Source: Hydrurus foetidus (taxonomy: Eukaryota). From it: a stretch of DNA of 64,000 bases. A program made the translations under genes and the position numbers. The DNA lies in assembly GCA_900617105.1 (NCBI GenBank), contig UYFQ01000006.1, positions 806,001 to 870,000 on the forward strand, written 5' to 3'. The notes under the pieces are model-generated. The model saw only the letters and a program-made list of their open reading frames with translations, was not told where the DNA came from and made no database searches. Positions 45,486-57,431 of the stretch are shown here, in pieces (position 1 is the stretch's first letter; every line of letters starts with the position of its first letter).

Positions 45486-46402
45486 GGGTGGGTTTTCAAT
45501 TTGGCCTGTTGGTAGCCTGCGTAGAGTTGGGCGTAGATGGGGCCGGGCTGGCCTTGGCTGCCACCGTGGCCGACGGGTTGGCCGTCGAGCAGGGTGATGG
45601 GCAGCACTTCTTTGGTGGCGGAACTCAGCAGAAGCTCGTCGGCGGCCAGCACTTCGGCGCGGGTGATGGGGCGCAGGGTGAAGGGGATGCCTTGGGCTTG
45701 GCAGATTTCTTCGAGCAGGCCAAAGCGGATGCCTTCCAAAACGAGGTTGTCTTTGGGCGGGCCGAAAACGTGGCCGTCTTTGACGACCCAGACGTTGCTG
45801 GCGGCGGCTTCACTTAAGGTGCCATCGCGGAACATCACGGTCTCTAACGCGCCCACGTCAGCACTGATTTGGCGTGAGAACACGGCACCGAGCAGGCTGG
45901 TGCTTTTGATGTGGGCTTTTTCCCAACGGAAATCTTCAGCGGTGACGCAGGCCACGCCGCTGGCACGCTGGGCGGCGGTGGGCAGCTTCATGGCGTTGCT
46001 CATCACGAAGACAGTGGGGGTGATGTTCGTGGGCATCACATGGTCGCGCGGGGCGACACCACGGGTGATCTGGATGTAGACGAGTTGCTCGACTGTATCG
46101 GCTGGAGTGCCGTTGATATGGGCGTAGCGCGCTACTAATTCCGTAGCTATCTCTGCCCATTGGTTGTGCGTTAACGGGTTGGCAATGCGCAGTTCGGCGA
46201 GGCTGCGGTCAAGCCGGGCCATGTGCTGGGCAAGGCGAAAGGGTTGGCCGGCGTAGACGGGGATGACTTCGTACACGCCGTCGCCAAAGATGAAGCCACG
46301 GTCAAGCACGCTGACTTTGGCATCGCGCACGGAGCTGTACGCGCCGTTGAGGTAGCAGGGCAGGTCGGGGAGGTCTGGGGTGGGGGTTGGAGCGGTGTTC
46401 AT
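45482..46402 (-). CDS. D-amino acid aminotransferase (class IV)
   Basis: DRGFIFGDGVYEV, IKSTSLL, LEGI, SSATKEV. Confidence 0.9.
   Translation of the reverse strand: MNTAPTPTPDLPDLPCYLNGAYSSVRDAKVSVLDRGFIFGDGVYEVIPVYAGQPFRLAQHMARLDRSLAELRIANPLTHNQWAEIATELVARYAHINGTPADTVEQLVYIQITRGVAPRDHVMPTNITPTVFVMSNAMKLPTAAQRASGVACVTAEDFRWEKAHIKSTSLLGAVFSRQISADVGALETVMFRDGTLSEAAASNVWVVKDGHVFGPPKDNLVLEGIRFGLLEEICQAQGIPFTLRPITRAEVLAADELLLSSATKEVLPITLLDGQPVGHGGSQGQPGPIYAQLYAGYQQAKLKTHP
46091..46147 (-). repeat. Dispersed element inside D-amino acid aminotransferase (sense)
   Basis: Reverse complement: GCTAC-GGAATTA-GTAGC-GCGCTACGC-CCATATCAA-CGGCACTCCAGCCGATA. Confidence 0.65.
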
Positions 46403-46636
46403 GGTCAATTATCGGGTGGGCAAAGACGGAAAAACAAGAGCGAAAATCGCGCCGTATAGCGTGTGAAGCAGCGCGAGTATGTGAATCAAATCACAAAGTG
46501 GCTGACACTGGCGGGTTTTTACTTATAATAAGAGGCTTTGCTGGGTTCGGCTTAAAAAACCTAACAGAAAAGCGAATAGCGCGCTGGCACTGAAAAGCTC
46601 CCGGCTGTCATGGGTAAGTAAGTAAAGATTCAGATA

Positions 46637-47164
46637 ATGACACCCGGTTCAGTCAGTGCCTCAGTTGGCAGTAAGCGCGAAGTTGAAGGCTTAAGCACAG
46701 GTCAAGTAGAGGCTGAAGTCGAAGATTTCAAGCCCCTGACTGCTGAAGAGGCACAAGTGCTTCGGCAAACAAATCCGGCCGTCTCGCCGTGGCGCGTGAT
46801 TGCTGGGCAAGTGGTAGTCGGCGTGTTGGTTGCATTGGGTGCCTGGGGTTTTACCGGGCAGCAGGCGATGGGCTGGTCAGCGGCATATGGTGCTTTGGCG
46901 GTGGTGATCCCCGCAGCGCTGTTTGCCCGTGGTTTGGCGAGTCCTTTGCTCACCCAAAATGCTGGCACAGCGGTGATGGGTTTTTTCCTCTGGGAAGCTG
47001 TGAAAATTGCCTTGACAGTGGCGATGCTTTTTGCGGCACCGAGATGGATAGCAAATTTGAGCTGGTTGGCGATGCTGATTGGCTTGGTGGTAGTGATGAA
47101 GGTGTACTGGTTCGTGCCGGCTTTAGGTCGGGTGTTCCAGGTGCGACCTAAGACGACAACATAG
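46637..47164 (+). CDS. atpI: ATP synthase protein I
   Basis: 4 TM protein leading the atp operon. Confidence 0.85.
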   Translation: MTPGSVSASVGSKREVEGLSTGQVEAEVEDFKPLTAEEAQVLRQTNPAVSPWRVIAGQVVVGVLVALGAWGFTGQQAMGWSAAYGALAVVIPAALFARGLASPLLTQNAGTAVMGFFLWEAVKIALTVAMLFAAPRWIANLSWLAMLIGLVVVMKVYWFVPALGRVFQVRPKTTT

Positions 47165-47187
47165 ACGGACATTACAAGAGTAAACAG

Positions 47188-48048
47188 ATGGCTGCTGAAG
47201 AACACGGACCCAATGCTGGTGAATACATCAGCCACCATTTAACGCATCTGCAAAATCACCCCATGAAGGGCGTGATTGACTTTTCAGTCGTTAATTACGA
47301 TTCCATCTTTTGGGCCGTGCTGCTGGGCGTTGTCGGCAGCTATGTGCTGTGGCGTGCAGCTAAAGGTGCATCCTCTGGCGTCCCAGGGCGCTTCCAAGCT
47401 GCGATTGAAATTTTGATCGAAATGGTGGACAGCCAAGCCAAGGGCATCATCCACAATGCAACCAGCCGCAAGCTGGTGGCCCCCCTCGCTTTGACGGTGT
47501 TTGTTTGGATTTTCCTGATGAACTCCATGGATTTCTTGCCGGTTGACTTTGTTCCCCGCGTCTGGGAAATGATCGTGGGTGGCACGGGTGGCGACACGCA
47601 CCACGCTTTCATGCGTTCAGTGCCTACCGCTGACTTGTCCACCACCCTGGGCTTGAGTGTCTCGGTGCTTTTGGTTTGTGTGGTGTACAACCTCAAAATC
47701 AAGGGTTTGGGCGGCTGGTTACACGAGTTGTTTTGCGCACCGTTCGGTGCCCATCCTTTGCTGTGGCCTGTGAATTTTGGTTTCCAAATGATTGAGTTTG
47801 CGGCCAAGACCATTTCCCATGGCATGCGGTTGTTCGGCAATATGTACGCTGGTGAGCTGGTGTTCATGCTGATCGCTTTGATGGGCAGTGCAGCTGCTTT
47901 CACCGGGTCTGGCATGGCGCTGGCTCTGGGTCACATCATTGCCGGTTCAGTCTGGTCAATCTTCCACATCTTGATCGTGGCGCTGCAAGCGTTCGTGTTC
48001 ATGATGTTGACGCTGGTGTATGTGGGCCAAGCTCACGACACACATTAA
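47188..48048 (+). CDS. atpB: ATP synthase F0 subunit a
   Basis: SHGMRLFGNMYAGE, LQAFVFMMLT. Confidence 0.97.
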   Translation: MAAEEHGPNAGEYISHHLTHLQNHPMKGVIDFSVVNYDSIFWAVLLGVVGSYVLWRAAKGASSGVPGRFQAAIEILIEMVDSQAKGIIHNATSRKLVAPLALTVFVWIFLMNSMDFLPVDFVPRVWEMIVGGTGGDTHHAFMRSVPTADLSTTLGLSVSVLLVCVVYNLKIKGLGGWLHELFCAPFGAHPLLWPVNFGFQMIEFAAKTISHGMRLFGNMYAGELVFMLIALMGSAAAFTGSGMALALGHIIAGSVWSIFHILIVALQAFVFMMLTLVYVGQAHDTH

Positions 48049-48065
48049 TTTCAGCTTTTCGCTGA

Positions 48066-48365
<300 letters not shown>

Positions 48366-48408
48366 TCCACGCTTGCCCGTTCCTCTAACAGACTGAAAGG
48401 GTGTTGCT

Positions 48409-48879
48409 GTGAGTATTAACGCAACCCTGTTCGTCCAAGCGATTGTTTTTGCAATTTTGGTGTGGTTCACGATGAAATTCGTGTGGCCCCCCATCACTGC
48501 CGCGCTTGACGAACGTGCTATCAAGATTCGCGACGGTCTGGCCGCTGCCGACAAGGCCAAGGCCGAACTCTCCTCTGCAAACAAGAAGGTTGAGGCCGAA
48601 CTGGTCAAATCGCGTACCGAGTCCGCAAGCCGTCTGGCTGATGCTGAGCGCCGTGCGCAAGGCATCATCGAAGAGGCTAAAGGCCGTGCTACGGAAGAGG
48701 CCAACAAGATTGTGGCCGCTGCCCAGGTAGAAGCCGAACAGCAAACCGTCAAAGCCCGTGAGACCCTGCGTGAGCAGGTCGCCGCACTGGCCGTCAAGGG
48801 TGCCGAGCAGATTCTCCGCAAGGAAGTCAACGCTGGTGTTCATGCCGACTTGCTGAGCCGTCTGAAGAGCGAGTTGTGA
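48409..48879 (+). CDS. atpF: ATP synthase F0 subunit b
   Basis: MSINATLF...KFVWPP, coiled coil. Confidence 0.96.
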   Translation: MSINATLFVQAIVFAILVWFTMKFVWPPITAALDERAIKIRDGLAAADKAKAELSSANKKVEAELVKSRTESASRLADAERRAQGIIEEAKGRATEEANKIVAAAQVEAEQQTVKARETLREQVAALAVKGAEQILRKEVNAGVHADLLSRLKSEL

Positions 48880-48939
48880 AGCGTAGCTTCGCAATACGCA
48901 CTTTAACGACCATTCCAACAAGTTTGAAGGTTTAACACC

Positions 48940-49473
48940 ATGGCTGAACTGGCTACCATTGCACGCCCCTACGCCGATGCGCTGTTCAAAGCGGTCGGCC
49001 CGTCCGATGCGGCGGCGGTGGCGGATCAGGTCAACGAACTGGCCTCCATTGCGGCGAACCCGCAATTACGCGAGTTCGCTGGCAACCCCAAAACCCTGGA
49101 TACGCAAGTGTTCGAGCTGTTCACCGGTGTGGCCAAGGGCCACATGGGAGATGCAGCAAAAAACCTTTTGCGTGTGGTGATCGAAAATGGTCGCCTGCCC
49201 GCCTTGCCCGAAATTGCAGCTCAATACCAAACCCTGGTGAACGCACGCTCTGGCGTGTTGGACGCTTTGGTTTACAGCGCCTTCCCCATCGAGGGTGCTG
49301 AATTGGCTGACGTGACGGCGACGCTGGAAAAGCGTTTCGCCCGCAAACTCAACGCGCAGGTTCGTTTAGACCCGTCGTTGATTGGCGGCATCCGCGTCGT
49401 GGTCGGTGACGAAGTGCTCGACACTTCCGTCAAGGCCCGTCTAGAACAAATGAAAGTGGCTCTCACCGCCTGA
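48940..49473 (+). CDS. atpH: ATP synthase F1 subunit delta
   Basis: [18 protein letters not shown]. Confidence 0.96.
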   Translation: MAELATIARPYADALFKAVGPSDAAAVADQVNELASIAANPQLREFAGNPKTLDTQVFELFTGVAKGHMGDAAKNLLRVVIENGRLPALPEIAAQYQTLVNARSGVLDALVYSAFPIEGAELADVTATLEKRFARKLNAQVRLDPSLIGGIRVVVGDEVLDTSVKARLEQMKVALTA

Positions 49474-49523
49474 TCCAGGCAGTGAAGCGCGCAGGCAACC
49501 CTTAAAGAAAGAAGGAAAGAGTC

Positions 49524-51077
49524 ATGCAACTCAATCCCGCAGAAATCTCTGAGCTTATCAAGAGCCGTATCGAAGGGCTCACGGCCAGCGCCGACATTCG
49601 CAACCAAGGCACCGTCGTGTCTGTGACCGACGGTATCGTCCGCGTTCACGGTCTTTCTGACGTGATGCAGGGCGAAATGTTGGAATTCCCCTTGACCGCT
49701 GATGGCACTCCGACCTTTGGTCTGGCCCTGAATCTGGAGCGCGACTCTGTTGGCGCCGTGATTTTGGGTGAGTACGAGCACATCTCCGAAGGTGATACGG
49801 TCAAATGTACCGGCCGCATTTTGGAAGTGCCCGTCGGACCCGAGTTGATTGGTCGCGTGGTGAACGCTTTGGGTCAGCCTATCGACGGCAAAGGCCCGAT
49901 CAACGCCAAGATGACCGACGTGATCGAAAAAGTCGCGCCCGGTGTGATTGCCCGTAAATCAGTTGACCAGCCGATGCAAACCGGCCTGAAGTCGATTGAC
50001 TCTATGGTGCCCGTGGGCCGTGGTCAGCGCGAGTTGATCATTGGTGACCGCCAAACTGGCAAGACGGCAGTAGCTATCGACGCGATCATCAACCAAAAGG
50101 GTCAAAACATGACCTGCGTTTACGTCGCGATTGGCCAAAAAGCCTCGTCGATCAAGAACGTGGTGCGTGCGTTGGAACAAGCTGGTGCGATGGAATACAC
50201 CATTGTGGTGGCGGCTTCAGCTTCTGAATCGGCTGCCATGCAGTACGTCAGCGCCTACTCCGGCTGCACGATGGGTGAATACTTCCGTGACCGTGGTGAA
50301 GACGCATTGATCGTGTATGACGACCTGTCCAAACAAGCCGTAGCTTACCGTCAAGTGTCCTTGTTGCTGCGTAGGCCTCCAGGCCGCGAAGCTTACCCTG
50401 GCGATGTGTTTTACCTCCACAGCCGTTTGCTGGAACGCGCCGCGCGTGTGAATGCTGATTATGTTGAAGCTTTCACCAAGGGTGCTGTTAAAGGCAAGAC
50501 GGGTTCTTTGACGGCTTTGCCGATCATTGAAACGCAAGCTGGTGACGTGTCTGCGTTCGTTCCAACCAACGTGATTTCGATCACTGACGGCCAGATCTTC
50601 TTGGAAACCTCGTTGTTCAATGCTGGTATCCGCCCTGCGATCAACGCCGGCATCTCGGTGTCTCGCGTCGGTAGCTCTGCTCAGACCAAGATCATCAAGG
50701 GCCAGTCAGGCGGTATCCGTACCGACTTGGCGCAGTACCGTGAGTTGGCCGCTTTTGCGCAGTTCGCGTCCGATCTGGATGAGTCCACTCGCAAGCAGCT
50801 TGACCGTGGTGCCCGTGTGACGGAACTCTTGAAGCAAGCTCAATACAGCCCTCTGTCCATCAGCTTGATGGGTGCGACGCTGTTTGCAGTGAACAAGGGT
50901 TTCATGGACGATGTCGAAATCAAGAAAATCTTGCCTTTCGAACACGGCCTGCACGCTTACCTTAAAGACAAGCACGCGCCCCTGTTGGCCAAGCTGGAAT
51001 CCAGCAAAGCCTTGGACAAAGACGCTGAGGTCGAGTTGACTGCTGCTGTGGGCGCATTCAAAAAGAGCTTTGCTTAA
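49524..51077 (+). CDS. atpA: ATP synthase F1 subunit alpha
   Basis: [31 protein letters not shown]. Confidence 0.98.
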   Translation: MQLNPAEISELIKSRIEGLTASADIRNQGTVVSVTDGIVRVHGLSDVMQGEMLEFPLTADGTPTFGLALNLERDSVGAVILGEYEHISEGDTVKCTGRILEVPVGPELIGRVVNALGQPIDGKGPINAKMTDVIEKVAPGVIARKSVDQPMQTGLKSIDSMVPVGRGQRELIIGDRQTGKTAVAIDAIINQKGQNMTCVYVAIGQKASSIKNVVRALEQAGAMEYTIVVAASASESAAMQYVSAYSGCTMGEYFRDRGEDALIVYDDLSKQAVAYRQVSLLLRRPPGREAYPGDVFYLHSRLLERAARVNADYVEAFTKGAVKGKTGSLTALPIIETQAGDVSAFVPTNVISITDGQIFLETSLFNAGIRPAINAGISVSRVGSSAQTKIIKGQSGGIRTDLAQYRELAAFAQFASDLDESTRKQLDRGARVTELLKQAQYSPLSISLMGATLFAVNKGFMDDVEIKKILPFEHGLHAYLKDKHAPLLAKLESSKALDKDAEVELTAAVGAFKKSFA

Positions 51078-51104
51078 TTTCTACCTGACCAAAAGGAGCC
51101 GTTG

Positions 51105-51989
51105 ATGGCATCAGGCAAGGAACTACGCACCAAGATCAAATCGGTGGAAAACACCAAGAAGATCACCAAGGCGATGGAGATGATTTCGGTCTCCAAGATG
51201 CGCCGTGCGCAGGAGCGTATGCGCGCCGCCCGTCCGTACAGCGACAAGATTCGCGCGATTGCGAGCAATCTTGGGCAAGCGAACCCTGAGTACGTGCACG
51301 CGTTCATGAAACCCAACGATGGCAAGTCGGTGGGTTTCATTGTGGTGACGACGGACAAAGGGTTGTGCGGTGGTTTGAATACCAATCTGCTGCGCGCCGT
51401 GACGCTCAAACTGCGCGAAACGCAAGCGGCTGGTAAAACGCCGTCAGCGGTGGCGATCGGGGGCAAGGGTTTGGGTTTTCTGAACCGCATGGGTGCCAAG
51501 GTGGTGTCGCATGTGACGCACTTGGGCGACAAACCGCATTTGGACAAGCTGATCGGCCCCGTCAAGGTGCTGCTCGATGCCTACGCCAAGGGCGAGGTCA
51601 GCGCGGTGTACCTGTGCTACAACAAGTTTGTCAGCACCATGGCCCAAGTGGCAACGCTGGACCAGTTGCTGCCTTTGTCTGCGGCCAAGATGGAAGCAGA
51701 AACCAAAGCCAGTGGCAGTCAGCACGCTTGGGACTACATCTACGAACCTGATGCCCAGGCTGTGATTGATGATCTGTTGGTGCGCTACGCAGAAGCTTTG
51801 GTCTACCAAGCGGTAGCTGAAAACATGGCTTCTGAGCACGCAGCGCGCATGGTCGCCATGAAGGCAGCCACCGACAACGCCGGTAGCGTGATTGGCGAGT
51901 TGAAGTTGATTTACAACAAAACCCGTCAGGCCGCGATCACCAAAGAATTGTCAGAAATCGTGTCGGGCGCAGCTGCTATCAGCGGCTAA
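51105..51989 (+). CDS. atpG: ATP synthase F1 subunit gamma
   Basis: [26 protein letters not shown]. Confidence 0.97.
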   Translation: MASGKELRTKIKSVENTKKITKAMEMISVSKMRRAQERMRAARPYSDKIRAIASNLGQANPEYVHAFMKPNDGKSVGFIVVTTDKGLCGGLNTNLLRAVTLKLRETQAAGKTPSAVAIGGKGLGFLNRMGAKVVSHVTHLGDKPHLDKLIGPVKVLLDAYAKGEVSAVYLCYNKFVSTMAQVATLDQLLPLSAAKMEAETKASGSQHAWDYIYEPDAQAVIDDLLVRYAEALVYQAVAENMASEHAARMVAMKAATDNAGSVIGELKLIYNKTRQAAITKELSEIVSGAAAISG

Positions 51990-52004
51990 GCAAATTCAAA
52001 TTAA

Positions 52005-53417
<1,413 letters not shown>

Positions 53418-53422
53418 GCGCC

Positions 53423-53848
53423 ATGGACACGACTCACACCATTCACGTTGATGTGGTCAGTGCCGAGGCGTCCATCTTCTCGGGTGAGGCCAAATTTGTG
53501 GCCCTGCCCGGCGAGGCTGGCGAACTGGGTATCTACCCGCGCCACACGCCGCTGATTACACGTATCAAAGCCGGTTCAGTGCGCATTGAGTTGGCTGACG
53601 GTTCCGAAGAATTTGTCTTCGTGGCTGGCGGTATTCTTGAAGTGCAACCCCACTGCGTGACCGTGCTGTCTGACACTGCTATCCGCGGCAAAGACTTGGA
53701 CGAAGAAAAAGCCAATGCCGCTAAGGCAGTTGCTGAAGAAGCGCTCAAAAATGCCAAGGGTGAACTCGATTTGGCGAAAGCCCAGTCTGAGTTGGCCATC
53801 ATGGCGGCCCAGATCGCCGCCTTGCGTCGGTTTCGTCAAGCACGGTAA
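53423..53848 (+). CDS. atpC: ATP synthase F1 subunit epsilon
   Basis: [22 protein letters not shown]. Confidence 0.96.
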   Translation: MDTTHTIHVDVVSAEASIFSGEAKFVALPGEAGELGIYPRHTPLITRIKAGSVRIELADGSEEFVFVAGGILEVQPHCVTVLSDTAIRGKDLDEEKANAAKAVAEEALKNAKGELDLAKAQSELAIMAAQIAALRRFRQAR

Positions 53849-53869
53849 TTGCTGACGGTCAACTGAACC

Positions 53870-53913
53870 GCACAAAGCCCCCGTCGCTGTCAGCTACGGG
53901 GGCTTTGTGCTTT
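53870..53913 (+). terminator. atp operon terminator
   Basis: GCACAAAGCCCCCGT...ACGGGGGCTTTGTGC-TTT. Confidence 0.85.
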
Positions 53914-53941
53914 GAACTGAACCCCTGAGCATCCAACCACC

Positions 53942-54394
53942 ATGCCCCGAGCAAAGCAAAAAATCGCCACCCTGGGCGGCAGTGCCGACGATGTAGAGGC
54001 GCGGTTTTACGATGCCCTGCAAGCGGGGGATGTGGACAAGCTGATGGCCTGCTGGGCTGACGAAGACGATATTTTGTGCATTCACCCCGGCGGGCCACGT
54101 CTGATGGGTGCCGGTGCCATCCGCGCCGCGTACGAAGCCATGCTGGCCCAAGCCGGTTCGATGACGCTGCGCCCAGAGCGCTTGCGCAAAATTGAGTCCC
54201 TGACCAGCGTCGTTCACAGTGTGGTGGAGCGCATCAGCATCATGACACCCCAAGGCCCGCAAGACGTGTTTGTGATCGCGACCAACATTTACAACAAGAC
54301 CGCGCAAGGCTGGCGCATGGTGGTTCACCATGTCAGCCCGGGCAGTGTGCAAGAGCTGGAAGACCACTCAGCCACGCCACCCGTGCTGCATTAA
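53942..54394 (+). CDS. NTF2/SnoaL-like (YybH family) protein
   Basis: FYDALQAGD, CIHPGG, ATNIY, WRMVVHHVS. Confidence 0.85.
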   Translation: MPRAKQKIATLGGSADDVEARFYDALQAGDVDKLMACWADEDDILCIHPGGPRLMGAGAIRAAYEAMLAQAGSMTLRPERLRKIESLTSVVHSVVERISIMTPQGPQDVFVIATNIYNKTAQGWRMVVHHVSPGSVQELEDHSATPPVLH

Positions 54395-54434
54395 GCCAAA
54401 CCAAGCTGATGTGTAATATGGACAGGTGTATCGC

Positions 54435-54492
54435 GCTATGAACTATGTAGCGCCTGCGTGGCTTCCGGGTGGCAACTTACAAACCATTTGGC
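54435..54492 (+). repeat. Dispersed element overlapping YheT start codon
   Basis: Perfect core GCTAT-GAACTAT-GTAGC containing ATG 54438; tail ...CAAACCATTTGG. Confidence 0.55.
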
Positions 54493-55436
54493 CAGCGCTC
54501 TACTCGCGCCGTGTCTTCGGGCCACATCCGCAGTACCGTCGCGAGCGCTGGGACACCCCAGATGCTGATTTCATTGACGTGGACTGGTTAGCCGTTGCAG
54601 AGCATGCACCCGTGGCCCCCAAGCAAACTTTGCTGGTGTTGTTTCATGGCTTGGAAGGCAGTTCGCGCAGCCATTACGCCGAAGCGTTTGCTGACTTTGC
54701 GCACACACACGGGCTGGCTTACGCCGTACCTCATTTTCGTGGTTGCAGTGGCGAGCTGAACTTGGCCCCCCGTGCCTACCATTCCGGTGACTTTGAAGAG
54801 ATTGGCTGGATTTTACGGCGGTTCAAAGCGCAGTGGGTGGCCCAAGGTGGCGGCGATGTGATCGCTATCGGTGTTTCATTGGGTGGCAATGCTTTGCTGC
54901 GTTGGGCGCAAGAAGCGGGGGAAACTGCTGCGTTGACCGCCCGTGCCGTGGCTGCGGTCTCGTCTCCCCTTGATTTGGCTGCGAGCGGTGGAGCGATTGG
55001 GCGTGGGTTTAACCGACTGGTCTATACCCGCATGTTTTTGAACTCCATGAAGCCCCATGCTTTGCAAAAATTGGCGCAGTTCCCTGGCCTGTTTGACCGC
55101 GATAGCATGCTCGCTGCCCGCGATTTGTACGAATTTGACAACATCGTCACCGCCCCCTTGCATGGTTTCAGCAGCACTGAAGACTACTGGGCCAGGGCAT
55201 CGGCCAAACCACATTTGCACCGCATTCGTATTCCTGCTTTGGTGGTAAATGCCCGCAATGACCCGTTTGTCCCTGCCTGGAGTTTGCCTAATCAGCTAGA
55301 GGTGGGCGCAAACGTTACGCTGTGGCACCCTGCGCATGGCGGGCATGTAGGTTTCCCCCAAGGGCGTATTCCTGGTCATGTACGCAGCATGCCCGATGCG
55401 GTCGGTGGCTGGTTGTGCAAAGCCACTGGTAATTAA
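54438..55436 (+). CDS. YheT-family alpha/beta hydrolase
   Basis: GGNLQTIW, FHGLEGSS, GVSLGG, NDPF, GGHVGF. Confidence 0.9.
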   Translation: MNYVAPAWLPGGNLQTIWPALYSRRVFGPHPQYRRERWDTPDADFIDVDWLAVAEHAPVAPKQTLLVLFHGLEGSSRSHYAEAFADFAHTHGLAYAVPHFRGCSGELNLAPRAYHSGDFEEIGWILRRFKAQWVAQGGGDVIAIGVSLGGNALLRWAQEAGETAALTARAVAAVSSPLDLAASGGAIGRGFNRLVYTRMFLNSMKPHALQKLAQFPGLFDRDSMLAARDLYEFDNIVTAPLHGFSSTEDYWARASAKPHLHRIRIPALVVNARNDPFVPAWSLPNQLEVGANVTLWHPAHGGHVGFPQGRIPGHVRSMPDAVGGWLCKATGN

Positions 55437-55459
55437 TACCGGTCTGAAAGAGGGTTCTT

Positions 55460-56023
55460 ATGGACGATATCGTCAAAAAAGCCATGGCCAAGTGGCCCAA
55501 CGTGCCCGATTGCTACGGTTGGTTGGGCCTGGATGCACGCGGTAACTGGTATATGCGCGACGACGGCACCCAAGCCTTGGGTGCATTTGCCAGCGGCGTG
55601 GCCGGTGCCAAGGGTTCACGTCTGCTGCACGAAAAGCTGATTGACTTCATTCAGCGCAACTACAGTGCAGATGCGCAAGGCCAGTGGTTTTTTCAGAATG
55701 GCCCACAGCGGGTGTACGTGGAACTGGAAGCCACGCCGCAAGTTTGGCGTATTGCTTCCGATTTTTCAGTGACGTCACACACCGGCGAGTCCGCCAGCGC
55801 TCAGCGCTGCGTGGTGGACGAGCATGGTCGTGTGTACCTGGAATGCACCTTGGGCCATGCGGTGGTTTTCGGCTTGGTACACACCCAAGATGTTTGGCAA
55901 GCCGCCGAAGCCGTGGAGCAGGGTTTATGGGTTCCACACGAAGTGGCAACCTGTGAGTTGTCTCAGCGGTTTGGCTATGTTCGCAGCCCTGCTGCGTTAC
56001 ACGCAACACACGCTCAGGCGTAA
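55460..56023 (+). CDS. DUF2946 family protein
   Basis: MDDIVKKAMAKWPNVPDCYGWLGLDARG, WFFQNGPQRVYV. Confidence 0.8.
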   Translation: MDDIVKKAMAKWPNVPDCYGWLGLDARGNWYMRDDGTQALGAFASGVAGAKGSRLLHEKLIDFIQRNYSADAQGQWFFQNGPQRVYVELEATPQVWRIASDFSVTSHTGESASAQRCVVDEHGRVYLECTLGHAVVFGLVHTQDVWQAAEAVEQGLWVPHEVATCELSQRFGYVRSPAALHATHAQA

Positions 56024-56045
56024 AAAAACCGGCCTAAGCCGGTTG
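56022..56045 (-). terminator. Terminator between convergent genes
   Basis: AAAAAAACCGGC-CTAA-GCCGGTT; T-tract on minus strand. Confidence 0.7.
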
Positions 56046-56070
56046 TGGGATGTCTGCTGTTCCGTCAGCG

Positions 56071-56616
56071 TTATTTGGCAGCGACCGCAGGTGTTGTATC
56101 CGCAGGGGCAGCGGCTACCGCTGGTTTTGGATCGGTGAATTTACCGCCACTTGCATTAGCCATATAAACCACAGCACGGGCAATTTCAGCATCTTCAAAA
56201 TCTCCGCCGCCTTGCGCACCCATGGCTCCCTTGCCTTTCAGCGCAGAAGATACGAGCATGTCATAGCCTTGCTTGATGCGTGTACCCCAAGCGGCGTTGT
56301 CACCAAGCTTGGGTGCCCCTGCAACGCCTGCGGTGTGGCAGGTCGTACATTGGGCTTTGAACACGTCTTCACCCGATTTCAAGGTGCGGTTAGCGTCCTT
56401 GATTTCTACCATACCAACCTTTTGAATGCGGCTGGCAATTTGCGCGGAGTTGTCAATCACACCTGCTTCAGGTTTGAAGGCCGAGGTAACGTAGTAAACC
56501 AATCCAATGATGATAAAGATTGGCGCCACAAACGAAATAAAGACCGTCACCAGCAATTGCTTGGGGGTCTTGATCGGGCCTGTGTGGTGGTCATCGTCGT
56601 GGCTGTTGTCGCTCAT
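56071..56616 (-). CDS. Cytochrome c5 family protein
   Basis: HTGPIKTPKQ, TM anchor, CTTCH heme motif, GAMGAQGG. Confidence 0.92.
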   Translation of the reverse strand: MSDNSHDDDHHTGPIKTPKQLLVTVFISFVAPIFIIIGLVYYVTSAFKPEAGVIDNSAQIASRIQKVGMVEIKDANRTLKSGEDVFKAQCTTCHTAGVAGAPKLGDNAAWGTRIKQGYDMLVSSALKGKGAMGAQGGGDFEDAEIARAVVYMANASGGKFTDPKPAVAAAPADTTPAVAAK

Positions 56617-56779
56617 GGCGTCCTCAAATTTCGCTGCGTTGGAATAGCTTTGGATTATAGCTTCCAGCTTTAGCCTTGCCTTTGCCAGTGAACAGCTCCG
56701 GGCTCTGAATGAGGTGGTTTAAGTGCGTCTGGCGCATGTGAGAGAATCCAGCCGCGCGCTGCTTCACGCTCAGCGCCAT

Positions 56780-56855
56780 GCGGCTGTAGCTCAGTGGATA
56801 GAGTATTGGCCTCCGAAGCCAAGGGTCGTGGGTTCGATCCCCGCCAGCCGCACCA
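56780..56855 (+). tRNA. tRNA-Arg (CCG)
   Basis: Acceptor GCGGCTG/CAGCCGC, D-loop TAGCTCAGTGGATAGAG, anticodon arm TTGGC-CTCCGAA-GCCAA, GGTTCGATCC T-arm, encoded CCA; 76 nt. Confidence 0.97.
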
Positions 56856-56918
56856 AGTGAATTTACCAACAGCCGCCTGCTGATTAGGACGATTGCAGTC
56901 CCCAGGCTTGGAGTTTGT

Positions 56919-57386
56919 ATGACGGCATTGATGATTTTCTGGTCTGTGCTTGCAGTCGCTGCCTTAGCGGTCGCGATCATCACCAGAATCACCCCTTTGA
57001 TAATTTCTGCCTTTGGCTTTGGCATCGCTGCGGCCTTGGCGTGGCTCGACTATGGCTTAGCGTCCCAAGCGGGCGTGGCTGTGCTGATGCTGGTTGTGGG
57101 TATTGCGCTGTGGGCACGCCAAGTTAAAGTGCCCCAAGAACCGTACCCCAACGAAGCGGGCCCTTCGCGTTTGAGCGGCTTGGGCGCACTTAGCAATTTC
57201 AGCGCCTTCAGCGATGAATCGGATGAGGTCAAGGTAGACAAATGGGACGGCATCGACACCACCGTGGTGTTCCGTGGCCGTGTCTGGAAAGCCAAATTGG
57301 CCAAAGGCGCGAAAGCTGAACCCGGCCTCTACAAGGTGCGAGAAGTCCGGGACGGCAATTTGGTGCTCGACGAAGTGATTGATTGA
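56919..57386 (+). CDS. NfeD-like membrane protein (short form)
   Basis: Three hydrophobic segments and C-terminal OB-like VVFRGRVWKA...VREVRDGNLVL. Confidence 0.75.
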   Translation: MTALMIFWSVLAVAALAVAIITRITPLIISAFGFGIAAALAWLDYGLASQAGVAVLMLVVGIALWARQVKVPQEPYPNEAGPSRLSGLGALSNFSAFSDESDEVKVDKWDGIDTTVVFRGRVWKAKLAKGAKAEPGLYKVREVRDGNLVLDEVID

Positions 57387-57431
57387 GCACTGCCGCCGTG
57401 CTCAGGGCATGGCCAAAAATTGAAATTTCCC

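Noticed and set aside
50454..50470. GCTGA-TTATGTT-GAAGC in atpA as a copy of the dispersed motif
   Set aside because: Arms are mismatched and tail spacing does not fit; explained by the conserved ADYVEA peptide.
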